The notes beneath the pieces are model-generated. The model did no database searches, was not told the DNA's origin, and saw only the letters and a program-made list of their open reading frames with translations. The translations under genes were made by a program, and so were the position numbers. Shown one piece after another: positions 32,903 through 41,195 of a stretch of DNA of 64,000 nt. Every line of letters begins with the position of its first letter. The first letter of the stretch is position 1. The stretch is from positions 14,505 to 78,504 of the forward strand of contig JBEBFY010000015.1 in NCBI GenBank assembly GCA_040081715.1, read 5' to 3'. This stretch comes from Vicinamibacterales bacterium (lineage in GTDB: Bacteria; Acidobacteriota; Vicinamibacteria; Vicinamibacterales; UBA2999).

Positions 32903-33984
32903 GACAGGAACCGACGGGACACGAGGAAGCCGGACACGGCGCGGAGGCCCATGAGGGCGCAGTGCCGGCGGCGACCGGTCACGTGGACGCCGCCCAGGAT
33001 GCGGCGGATCACGCGGCGCAGGGGCACGACGACGCAGCCCATGCTGGTGCGCCGCATGCCGACACACACGATGCCGCCCACGACGCTGCGGCCTCGCACG
33101 GCGGCGGTGGCGGTCATGCCGAGAGCCCGCTCTCGCACGTGGTGCAGCACCCACTCATCCAGCAGACGGCCGACTACGGCATCCTGACGCCCGAAGGAAA
33201 GATCACCGTCTTCTCCGACCAGATCGCCATGATCGCGCTGGCCGGCGTGCTCCTCGTTGCGCTGGTGCCGATGATCGCGAAACGCCGTCGGAAGGCCGCC
33301 GGCGTGGACGCGATGGTGCCCACAGGGTCGCTGAACGGCCTGGAGTTCCTCTGCCAGTACATCCGCGAGGAAATGGTGAAACCGGCCCTCGGCGAGCACA
33401 CGGACCGCTTCATCAAGTACATCTGGAGCCTCTTCTTCTTCCTGCTGACGGTGAACATCCTGGGCCTGCTCCCGATTCCCGTCATCTCGGCCCTCTTCGG
33501 TACGCACCTGGGCGGCGCCGCCACTGGCAATATCTGGATGACCGGCACCCTCGCCGTCGTCACGATGGGAATGATGGTCGTCAACGGGCTTCGGCTCGGT
33601 GGCAAGTCCTACCTCGCGCACTTCTGTCCGGGCCCGATTGCGATGGCGCCTCTGCTGGTGCCGGTCGAGATCATCGGTCTGGTGGCGAAGGTGTTCGCAC
33701 TGGCCGTACGTCTGTTCGCCAACATGATTGCCGGCCACATCCTCCTGGCCGTGCTGCTCTCGTTCATCATGATGGCCGGCGCACAGAGCGCGGGCCTGGG
33801 GTACGGCGTGGGTGTGCTGGTGGTAGCCGGCAGCGTGGCGATTAACCTCCTGGAACTGTTCGTGGCGTTCCTGCAGGCCTTCATCTTCACGTTCCTGACC
33901 ACGCTCTTTATCGGGATGTCGGTCGTCTTCCACCACGACGACCACGGTGGCGAACAGGGCCACCACGAAGCTGCGGCGCACTAG
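32899..33984 (+). CDS. atpB: F0F1 ATP synthase subunit a (His/Ala/Asp-rich N-terminal extension)
   Basis: The region LAVRLFANMIAGH carries the essential Arg. The first 84 aa are low complexity and contain 14 His. Confidence 0.92.
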   Translation: MRQEPTGHEEAGHGAEAHEGAVPAATGHVDAAQDAADHAAQGHDDAAHAGAPHADTHDAAHDAAASHGGGGGHAESPLSHVVQHPLIQQTADYGILTPEGKITVFSDQIAMIALAGVLLVALVPMIAKRRRKAAGVDAMVPTGSLNGLEFLCQYIREEMVKPALGEHTDRFIKYIWSLFFFLLTVNILGLLPIPVISALFGTHLGGAATGNIWMTGTLAVVTMGMMVVNGLRLGGKSYLAHFCPGPIAMAPLLVPVEIIGLVAKVFALAVRLFANMIAGHILLAVLLSFIMMAGAQSAGLGYGVGVLVVAGSVAINLLELFVAFLQAFIFTFLTTLFIGMSVVFHHDDHGGEQGHHEAAAH

Positions 33985-34116
33985 GAGCGTTGGCTCCAGG
34001 CGCCGGGTTGCCATGCCCGCAAGGTTCGGGGCGAATGCGGGCCGTGAGGCGTGACTGCGATGGCGAGTAACAAGCGCTGCTCCCCGGGCGGCGACAACAG
34101 AGGAAGGACAGTGCAC

Positions 34117-34461
34117 ATGGATCGCAAGCAGGTTGTTCGTACGGTGTTCGGGTTTGCCGCGGTGGGTCTTGCCGTGATGGCGATGCCGTCGGTGGCGTTT
34201 GCGCAGGAAGCGGCCGAGAATGGCACGTTCCTGACCAGCAACGGCGCGGCGTGGATGGGCGGGGCGATTGGCGCCGGCCTGGCCATCATGGGCGGCGCGG
34301 CCGGCATCGGCCGTATCGGCGGCTCGGCGGTGGAGTCGATGGCGCGGCAGCCCGGTGCGGCCGGTCAGATCTCCACGGCCATGATCATCACCGCGGCCAT
34401 GATCGAAGGCGCGACGCTGTTTGCGGTCGTCGTCGGCATGCTCGCCGTACTGAAGGCGTAA
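34117..34461 (+). CDS. atpE: F0F1 ATP synthase subunit c (N-terminally extended)
   Basis: ARQPGAAGQISTAMIITAAMIEGATLFAVVVGML is the c-ring hairpin with the carboxylate Glu. I chose ATG 34117 (MDRKQ...); an alternative start is 34051. The extension resembles a signal peptide ending AFA-QE. Confidence 0.86.
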   Translation: MDRKQVVRTVFGFAAVGLAVMAMPSVAFAQEAAENGTFLTSNGAAWMGGAIGAGLAIMGGAAGIGRIGGSAVESMARQPGAAGQISTAMIITAAMIEGATLFAVVVGMLAVLKA

Positions 34462-34468
34462 GAGCCTT

Positions 34469-35047
34469 ATGAAACAGCGAGTGCTGGCGGCGCTGCTCGT
34501 CCTGAGCGCGCTCCCGGCGTACGCCTCAGAGGCGGCGCCGGAAGCTGGCCTCAGCCCGTTTGCCGGCGACCTCGGGAATGCCATCTGGACCCTCGGTATC
34601 TTCCTGATCGTCGTGCTGGTGCTCGGGAAGTTCGCGTGGGGTCCCGTACTCGGCATGCTCAAGGAGCGCGAGGACTTCATCCGGAAGTCCCTGCACGACG
34701 CCAAGCGGGACCGCGATGAGGCGGAAGCCAGGCTGAAGGAGTACACGGCCCAACTGCAGGCTGCCCGGTCGGAGGCCGCCTCGCTCGTCGAGGATGCCCG
34801 CCGCGATTCCGAGCGCCTGCGCGAGGAACTGCGGTCCAAGGCGAAGGCCGAGGCCGACACCATCCTGAAGAACGCCGAACGGCAGATTCAACTGGAGACC
34901 GGCCGGGCGCTGGCGCAGATCCGCACCGAGGCGGTTGACCTCTCGGTGATGATCGCCTCGAAGCTCATCGGCCGTAACCTGACCAAGGCGGACAACGAGC
35001 GGTTGATCGAGGACGCGCTCAAACAGGTCGAGGCCAGGCATCAGTAA
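34469..35047 (+). CDS. atpF: F0F1 ATP synthase subunit b
   Basis: 192 aa with an N-terminal TM segment and a long charged coiled coil (ERQIQLETGRALAQIRTEAVDLSV). It directly follows atpE. Confidence 0.87.
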   Translation: MKQRVLAALLVLSALPAYASEAAPEAGLSPFAGDLGNAIWTLGIFLIVVLVLGKFAWGPVLGMLKEREDFIRKSLHDAKRDRDEAEARLKEYTAQLQAARSEAASLVEDARRDSERLREELRSKAKAEADTILKNAERQIQLETGRALAQIRTEAVDLSVMIASKLIGRNLTKADNERLIEDALKQVEARHQ

Positions 35048-35302
35048 GGAACACCTCTCGACGGTCTGCTGGAGTTCTCCAGGGCTCTGAATTCAAGGTT
35101 CTGGATACCTGGCAGCCGGCGAGGGGGATCTCCACACGGACCATCCGAAAGTCAGGGGTTTTTGATGGGCCGGTTCGAAGGATGAACGGGCATGCCGTTT
35201 GCTCACAGGAAGGCGTGCCGCGCCGGTCCCACGGGCGGCGGCAGACACTTCAGTGGGGATGAGCGTTGAGGAACTGACTAGGCCCCCAACGCAATGATTG
35301 AA

Positions 35303-35330
35303 GGCCCGGCGCGTGCGTCGGGCCGTTTTT
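35303..35330 (+). terminator. rho-independent terminator (9-bp GC stem, tetraloop, T5)
   Basis: GGCCCGGCG-cgtg-CGTCGGGCC followed by GTTTTT. The T-run overlaps the stop codon of the convergent minus-strand gene. The U-tract is good only in the + direction. Confidence 0.6.
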
Positions 35331-36309
35331 AGAATCCCAGTTCCTTCAGGTAGCCACGCGCCTCGGTAGCTTCCGGGCTCTCGGCGTCCGCCGCGGATAC
35401 CGCCTGGAAGTACGCCGCCGCTCCTGCCTTGTCGCCCTTCCGGAACGCAATCAGCCCGAGTTGCAAGCGTGGGCGCAGCCAGACCGGATCCATCGCCGCC
35501 GCACGCTTGAAGAGGTCCTCCGCGCCGGCGGTGTCGCCCTTGCTGAAGCGCACCTCGGCGAGGGCATAGACCATCTCGCGGCTGGCGCCCGCGACGGCGC
35601 CGCCCGCCACCATCCGCTCTGCGTCGTCGTGGTTGCCCTTCACTAGCTGGGTGAGTGCCAACTCGATTCGGGCACGTTCGTTTCCCGGATCCGCCTGCAG
35701 CACGACCTCGAACGTGGCTAGCGCCCGGTCGAGGCTCGCCACGCGGGAAGGTCCGGCCTCCTTCGCGCCACGCTGACGCCAGGCGTCACCGATCACCAAC
35801 TGCACGGACGTCAGCGTCGGGTTCTTCGTGGCGATCTCCTGATACGCGGCAATCGCCTGATCGAACTTGCCCTCGGCCCGAAGAGCGCCGGCGGCGGCCA
35901 GTTCGTTCTCGATCTGCCGGCTGACTGCCGTGGGCGCCGGGGCCACTACCCGCGTCATCACGAATTCGAGCGGCGCATTGCCCGTTACCGAGCTACGAAC
36001 CATGGACCGACCCTGCTGCGGCATGAAGCCGGGGGCCTCTGCCACGAACGACCAGGCCCCGCCCACGAGGCCAATCATCGCGAAACGGCCCTTGCCGTCG
36101 CTTGTGGACGTGATCTGCGTTGGCCGGCCGTTCGGGTTGGCGGCCTTGATGACCGCGCCCTTGATGGGCTGACCCTCGCTGTCGACGACAATGCCGCGCA
36201 CGGCGCCGCTCTGGGCAGAGGAGGTGGTTGCCACCCCGACCACCAGACACACGGCCCGAAGCCAGCCAATCCACGCCGGCCCCCGGTCACCGATTCGACG
36301 CGTTCCCAT
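35329..36309 (-). CDS. secreted CarboxypepD_reg-like domain + TPR-repeat protein
   Basis: Only the 326 codons after ATG 36309 of the 975-aa track ORF are coding. Features are a signal peptide, a RGIVVDSEGQPIKGAVIKA...DGKGRF Ig-like domain, and TPR-like helices (GKFDQAIAAYQEIA..., GDTAGAEDLFKRAAAMDP). Confidence 0.78.
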   Translation of the reverse strand: MGTRRIGDRGPAWIGWLRAVCLVVGVATTSSAQSGAVRGIVVDSEGQPIKGAVIKAANPNGRPTQITSTSDGKGRFAMIGLVGGAWSFVAEAPGFMPQQGRSMVRSSVTGNAPLEFVMTRVVAPAPTAVSRQIENELAAAGALRAEGKFDQAIAAYQEIATKNPTLTSVQLVIGDAWRQRGAKEAGPSRVASLDRALATFEVVLQADPGNERARIELALTQLVKGNHDDAERMVAGGAVAGASREMVYALAEVRFSKGDTAGAEDLFKRAAAMDPVWLRPRLQLGLIAFRKGDKAGAAAYFQAVSAADAESPEATEARGYLKELGF

Positions 36310-36399
36310 AGCGGCAAGTTCTAACACGACCCCGGCTCCTGTGCCATGGCAGGACGGTCGGGAGGAGTAATATCCGCCCGTTCCTGACGGGAGGCGCTG

Positions 36400-38088
36400 A
36401 TGGTGAGATTCCGATGGATGGTGGCGTGGGTGTCCGTGGTCGTCGCGCTGACCGTCGGGGCCGCGCAGGAACGTCCATTCCGTCCCGTGACGGATCAGAC
36501 GCTGGCCAGCCCCGATCCGGCCGACTGGCTGGCCTGGCGCGGGACCACGCGCTCCCAGGGCTACAGCGCCCTTGACCAGGTCAACCGCGGCAACGTGAAG
36601 CAGCTCCAGCTTGCGTGGTCCTGGGTGATGGAGCCCGGCACGCAGGAGGCCGCCCCGTTGGTCCACGACGGCGTGATGTACCTCGGCCACCCGGGCGCGA
36701 TCGTGCAGGCGCTCGATGGCGCCACAGGCGATCTGATCTGGGAGTACCGCCCGCCGGCCGGGGCTTCCGGCAAGCCTCCGCAAGGTACCGTGCGCGGCAT
36801 CGCTCTCTATCAGGACCGCGTCTTCGTGAACATACCGGACGGCCGTGTTGTGGCCCTCGACGCGCGGACTGGCCGGCAGGTCTGGTCCACGCAGGTGCCC
36901 AACGCCCCGCCCGGCATGCGCTTCGGCACCGCACCACTCGTGGTGCGCGGCAAGGTCATCTCCGCCATGCAGGGCTGTGCGATCTACACCGAGCAGAAGT
37001 GCGGCATCGTGGCGCACGACGCCGTGACGGGCAAGGAGGCCTGGCGGACGCTCACCGTGCCCAGGCCCGGCGACGCCGGGTCGGACTCGTGGGGGGACCT
37101 GCCATATCTCTATCGTGCCGGCACCGAGATGTGGATTCCCGGCAGCTACGATCCCGCCCTCAACCTTGTTTACTGGTCCACAGCGCAGGCCAAGCCGTGG
37201 ACGCGCGCGGCGCGAGGCACCGACGGCGACGCGCTCTACTCCAACTCCACCCTCGCACTCGACCCCGACACCGGGAAAATCGTCTGGTATCGCCAGTTTG
37301 TACCAGGGGAGTCCCACGACCTCGATGAAGCGTTCGAGAACGTACTGGTCGATGCTGGCCAGGAGCAGTTGCTCTTCAAGATGGGCAAGCTCGGCATTCT
37401 GTGGAAGGTGGACCGCCGCACCGGAAAGATTCTGCGCGCCACGGACATGGGCTATCAGGACCTCGTGACCGTCAACGCCGACTCCGGCGCCGTGGCGTAC
37501 AAACCCGGCAAGCTGACCAAAGCCGACGACATCCTTGACCAGTGCCCCAGCCACCTGGGCATCAAGAACTGGCCGTCGATGGCGTGGTCGCCCGAAACAC
37601 ACGCCCTCTACATCCCCATGGTGGCCAACTGCGGCAAGCAGGGCTACATCGACGTGGAGAAGAAGCCGAATGGCGGCGGGCTCGGCCGCGGCAACGTCAT
37701 GGACCCGTACCCACATCCGTCGTCGGGAGGTAATACCGGCGTGCTGGCCGCCTTCGACGTGAACGGCACGTCGCTCTGGCAGCACCGTCAGCGTGTGCCG
37801 TTTGTCTCGGCCGCCCTGGCGACGGCTGGCGGCCTTGTGTTCATCGCGGACCACAACCGGTATGTCCACGCGTTCGACAGCAAGTCCGGGAAGGTGTTGT
37901 GGCAGACACGCACTGCTACCACGGGGCACGGGTTCCCTATGACCTACATGGCCGGAGGCCGCCAGTTCGTGGCGATGCCGATCGGCATCGGCGCACCCTT
38001 CATCGAGATGTTCGGGCCGCAGTTGGTGCCCGAGGCGACGCCGCCGCGGGCAGGGAACGCGCTCATGGTGTTCGCCTTGCCGCGCTGA
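36400..38088 (+). CDS. PQQ-dependent dehydrogenase, methanol/ethanol-family beta-propeller (no vicinal Cys-Cys)
   Basis: 562 aa with a GGGAGG SD 5 nt upstream and a signal peptide. It can be aligned by eye with MxaF-type enzymes (NVKQLQLAWSW, PLVHDGVMY, DPALNLVYW, DPDTGKIVWYRQ..HDLD, W-motif repeats). Confidence 0.87.
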   Translation: MVRFRWMVAWVSVVVALTVGAAQERPFRPVTDQTLASPDPADWLAWRGTTRSQGYSALDQVNRGNVKQLQLAWSWVMEPGTQEAAPLVHDGVMYLGHPGAIVQALDGATGDLIWEYRPPAGASGKPPQGTVRGIALYQDRVFVNIPDGRVVALDARTGRQVWSTQVPNAPPGMRFGTAPLVVRGKVISAMQGCAIYTEQKCGIVAHDAVTGKEAWRTLTVPRPGDAGSDSWGDLPYLYRAGTEMWIPGSYDPALNLVYWSTAQAKPWTRAARGTDGDALYSNSTLALDPDTGKIVWYRQFVPGESHDLDEAFENVLVDAGQEQLLFKMGKLGILWKVDRRTGKILRATDMGYQDLVTVNADSGAVAYKPGKLTKADDILDQCPSHLGIKNWPSMAWSPETHALYIPMVANCGKQGYIDVEKKPNGGGLGRGNVMDPYPHPSSGGNTGVLAAFDVNGTSLWQHRQRVPFVSAALATAGGLVFIADHNRYVHAFDSKSGKVLWQTRTATTGHGFPMTYMAGGRQFVAMPIGIGAPFIEMFGPQLVPEATPPRAGNALMVFALPR

Positions 38089-38206
38089 GGCCCCCATGCG
38101 TACCCCGTTTGGGCCTTTACAACTCCACTCCCCCTGGAAGACACTCAGCCCCCGAGGTCGCCGTTCGTACCTCATCCGGGAAGACTTTGTTCGAAAGGGG
38201 AGGCTA

Positions 38207-41185
38207 ATGAGACTTGTGAAGGTCCGGTGGTTCCTGGCGCTCGCGTTGCTGCTCACGCCGCTGTGTGCCTACGCACAGACATCGGGTTCGATTGCGGGTG
38301 AAGTCAAGGACGCTACGGGCGGCGTGCTCCCTGGCGTTACGGTGGAAGTTGCCAGCCCGGCGCTGATTGAGAAGGTGAGAAGCGCCGTTTCCGACGGTTC
38401 GGGCCTGTACAAGATCACCGACCTCAGGCCGGGCACCTACAGCGTCACGTTCAGTCTGGCGGGTTTTTCCACGGTCAAGCGCGAGGGCATCGATCTGTCC
38501 GCCGGCTTCACCGCGAACATCACGGCGGAGATGAAGGTCGGCTCGATGGAGGAGACGATCGTCGTCTCTGGCCAGGCGCCGGTCGTGGACGTGCAGAACG
38601 TCCGCGAGCAGCGCGTACTCACGCGCGACATCATCGACGCGATCCCCACGGCGAAGTCCATCGCCAACCTCGCCGTCCTCATCCCCGGCATGAACGTGCT
38701 GGGTGCGACGACGGCGGGACAGGACGTCGGCGGTAGCTCGGGCGAGGGTTTCCAGGGCCTGACCATCCACGGCGGGCGCCGCAACGACCAGCAGACGCTG
38801 CTCGATGGCATGTCGGTCGCGATGGTGCAGGCCTTCGCGGGCAGCATCGGGGCCACCACCCTGGGCGACCAGACGATCGAGCAGACGATTCTCTCGGTCA
38901 GCGGGCACTCGGCCGAGTGGGAGACCGGCGGCGTCGTGGCCAACATGCTGCCGAAGCAGGGCGGCAACAAGTTCGGCGGCGGCTTCTTCGCCAACATCGC
39001 CAACGAGTCGACGCAGTCGAACAACTACACCGATGAGCTGAAGGCCCGCGGGCTGACGGCGGCCCTGCCCACGAAGGAAATCCGCGACATCAACCCGTCG
39101 TTCGGCGGTCCCTTGAAGAAGGACAAGCTCTGGTTCTTCACCGCCTACCGCGACGTGCGGGTCGCCAACTATACGAACCAGAGCACCCGGGCGCCGAACC
39201 TCAACCCCACCGGCTTCACCTACGTGCCCGACCTCTCTGTGCGTCCGTACCAGGACCAGATCACCAAGGACGGGGTCGGACGCGTGACGTGGCAGTTGAC
39301 CCCGAAGAACAAGCTGGCGGTGATGTTCGACTGGAACGACAAGATGGAGTACCGGACGCTCTCCGGCCAGCTCGCCGACGAGGCCAACTACATCCAGAAC
39401 TTCCACAGCAACATCATTCAGACGACCTACTCTGCCCCGCTGACCAACCGGTTTCTCGTGGAGGCCGGGATGTCGCTGACCGACGTGCTGCACACCATCG
39501 TGCCGAGGCCTGGCGCCATCGGACCGACGGCGCTCGAGAGCACGACCGGCCAGCGTATCCGCGCCGTTGTCTACGGCGCCGCGCAGAGCCCGCAGGTGTA
39601 TCGCGATGAGGATCAGCGTAACGACGTCTACCGCGTTGCGCTGTCCTACGTGACGGGCTCCCATGGCTTCAAGTTCGGGTTCCAGCAACAGAACGCCTTC
39701 CTGAGCCCCTTGTACGAGGCTCCGGCGGACTACGAGCTGACCCTGGTGCGCGGCGTGCCCAATTCGGTCACCTTCCTCCCGACCCCGTTCCGGCTGACCA
39801 ACTACGCCTACAAGTCCAGCGCCTTCGCGCAGGACCAGTGGAGCGTGAACCGGGTGACCATGAACCTGGGCGTCCGGTGGGACCGGCTCGGGACGCGGTA
39901 TCCGGACTACGACCTCAAGGCGACGAACCTGCTGCCCGCCCGCCAGTTCTCTGGCGCGCACGTGTTCAAGTGGAACGACTTCTCACCGCGCCTCGGTGCT
40001 TCCTGGGACGTGTTCGGCAACGGCAAGACGGCCGTGAAGGTGGCCATGTCCCGGTACGTGCTGCAGGAGACGATGGACCTGACCCGCGTCGTGGACCCGA
40101 CCACCTCATCGGCTGGCACGCTTACCCGCACCTTCGCCGACGCGAACGGTGACTTCGTGCCGCAGGGCGACCCGCTGAACCCCGCCGCGAACGGCGAACT
40201 GGGCCCGAGCCCGAACCAGAACTTCGGCAGACTGGTCCGGACGCTGACCTACGACCCGAAGTGGGCCGAGGGGGTCGGGGTCCGGACCTACAACTGGGAG
40301 TTCTCCACCGGCATCCAGCAGGAGGTGCGGTCCGGGATGTCGGCCAACGTTGCCTTTTACCGCCGGCACTACGGAAACTTCACGGTGACAGACAACACGC
40401 TGGTCTCCGCCGAGAACTTCGACCCGTTCTGCATCACCGCCCCCAGCAACTCGCGGCTGCCGAATGGCGGCGGGCAGCAGATCTGCGGAATGCGCGACCT
40501 GAATCCGTCCAGCCTTGGCCGTCTGCAGAACCTGGGCACACTTGCGAACGACTACGGCAAGCAGGTTGAAACGTGGCAGGGCGTGGACATGGCTCTGAAC
40601 ACCCGCCTGAAGAACAAGGCGACGCTGCAGGGTGGCTTCAGCTTCGGGCGGTCGCTCACGGACAACTGTGAGATCTTTAAGGCCGTGCCCGAAGCGGGCA
40701 CGACCGGAATCGCTTCGCCCCTGGGCGGACCCTACTGCCGCCAACTGCAGCCGTACCAGAAGCAGGTAAAGGTCCTCGGGTCGTATAACCTTCCGTGGGC
40801 ACTGGTGGTCTCCGGCACCTTCCAGAGCGTGCCAGGCGCCGTGGTTTCGGCGAACGCGGTCGCGAATAATACGCAGATCGCGCCCTCGCTCGGGCGGAAC
40901 CTCTCCGCCGGCGCTACGGCGACGACGACCATCAATCTGATCTCACCCAACACGGTGTATGGGGACCGGATCAATCAGATCGACATGCGCTTCACCCGCG
41001 TATTCAAGATCCGGACGGCCTCGATCCGGACGATGCTGGACCTGTATAACTTGGCCAACCGGAGCACGGTCGTGTCGTGGAACAACACCTACGGCGCGCT
41101 CGCCGGTGGCGGCGCGACCTGGTTGACCCCGCTCGGGATCCTCCCGGCGCGCCTCATTAAACTTGGAGTGCAGCTCGACTTCTAG
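38207..41185 (+). CDS. TonB-dependent receptor with N-terminal CarboxypepD_reg-like domain
   Basis: Trimmed to ATG 38207 (AAGGGGAGG SD). Features are a signal peptide (CAYAQ), GSIAGEVKDATGGVLPGVTVEV...SDGSGLYKITDLRPGTYSVTFSLAGF, a long beta-barrel, and a terminal ...LGVQLDF aromatic residue. Confidence 0.87.
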   Translation: MRLVKVRWFLALALLLTPLCAYAQTSGSIAGEVKDATGGVLPGVTVEVASPALIEKVRSAVSDGSGLYKITDLRPGTYSVTFSLAGFSTVKREGIDLSAGFTANITAEMKVGSMEETIVVSGQAPVVDVQNVREQRVLTRDIIDAIPTAKSIANLAVLIPGMNVLGATTAGQDVGGSSGEGFQGLTIHGGRRNDQQTLLDGMSVAMVQAFAGSIGATTLGDQTIEQTILSVSGHSAEWETGGVVANMLPKQGGNKFGGGFFANIANESTQSNNYTDELKARGLTAALPTKEIRDINPSFGGPLKKDKLWFFTAYRDVRVANYTNQSTRAPNLNPTGFTYVPDLSVRPYQDQITKDGVGRVTWQLTPKNKLAVMFDWNDKMEYRTLSGQLADEANYIQNFHSNIIQTTYSAPLTNRFLVEAGMSLTDVLHTIVPRPGAIGPTALESTTGQRIRAVVYGAAQSPQVYRDEDQRNDVYRVALSYVTGSHGFKFGFQQQNAFLSPLYEAPADYELTLVRGVPNSVTFLPTPFRLTNYAYKSSAFAQDQWSVNRVTMNLGVRWDRLGTRYPDYDLKATNLLPARQFSGAHVFKWNDFSPRLGASWDVFGNGKTAVKVAMSRYVLQETMDLTRVVDPTTSSAGTLTRTFADANGDFVPQGDPLNPAANGELGPSPNQNFGRLVRTLTYDPKWAEGVGVRTYNWEFSTGIQQEVRSGMSANVAFYRRHYGNFTVTDNTLVSAENFDPFCITAPSNSRLPNGGGQQICGMRDLNPSSLGRLQNLGTLANDYGKQVETWQGVDMALNTRLKNKATLQGGFSFGRSLTDNCEIFKAVPEAGTTGIASPLGGPYCRQLQPYQKQVKVLGSYNLPWALVVSGTFQSVPGAVVSANAVANNTQIAPSLGRNLSAGATATTTINLISPNTVYGDRINQIDMRFTRVFKIRTASIRTMLDLYNLANRSTVVSWNNTYGALAGGGATWLTPLGILPARLIKLGVQLDF

Positions 41186-41195
41186 GATCCACACC

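Noticed and set aside
32857-34863. A 668-aa minus-strand ORF across the atp cluster.
   Set aside because: It is antisense to atpB, atpE and atpF, which carry canonical motifs. Its sequence is low complexity and Arg-rich.
35164-35250. Tiny ORFs (6-26 codons) in the spacer after atpF.
   Set aside because: They have no ribosome-binding site and no recognisable peptide features. The region is better treated as untranslated RNA.
36310-38256. The upstream two-thirds of the 975-aa minus-strand track ORF (35329..38256), which would make one giant protein.
   Set aside because: This part is Arg/Gly/His/Pro-rich with no recognisable motif. It lies exactly antisense to the well-supported PQQ dehydrogenase (36400..38088). 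The real gene starts at ATG 36309, where a signal peptide begins.
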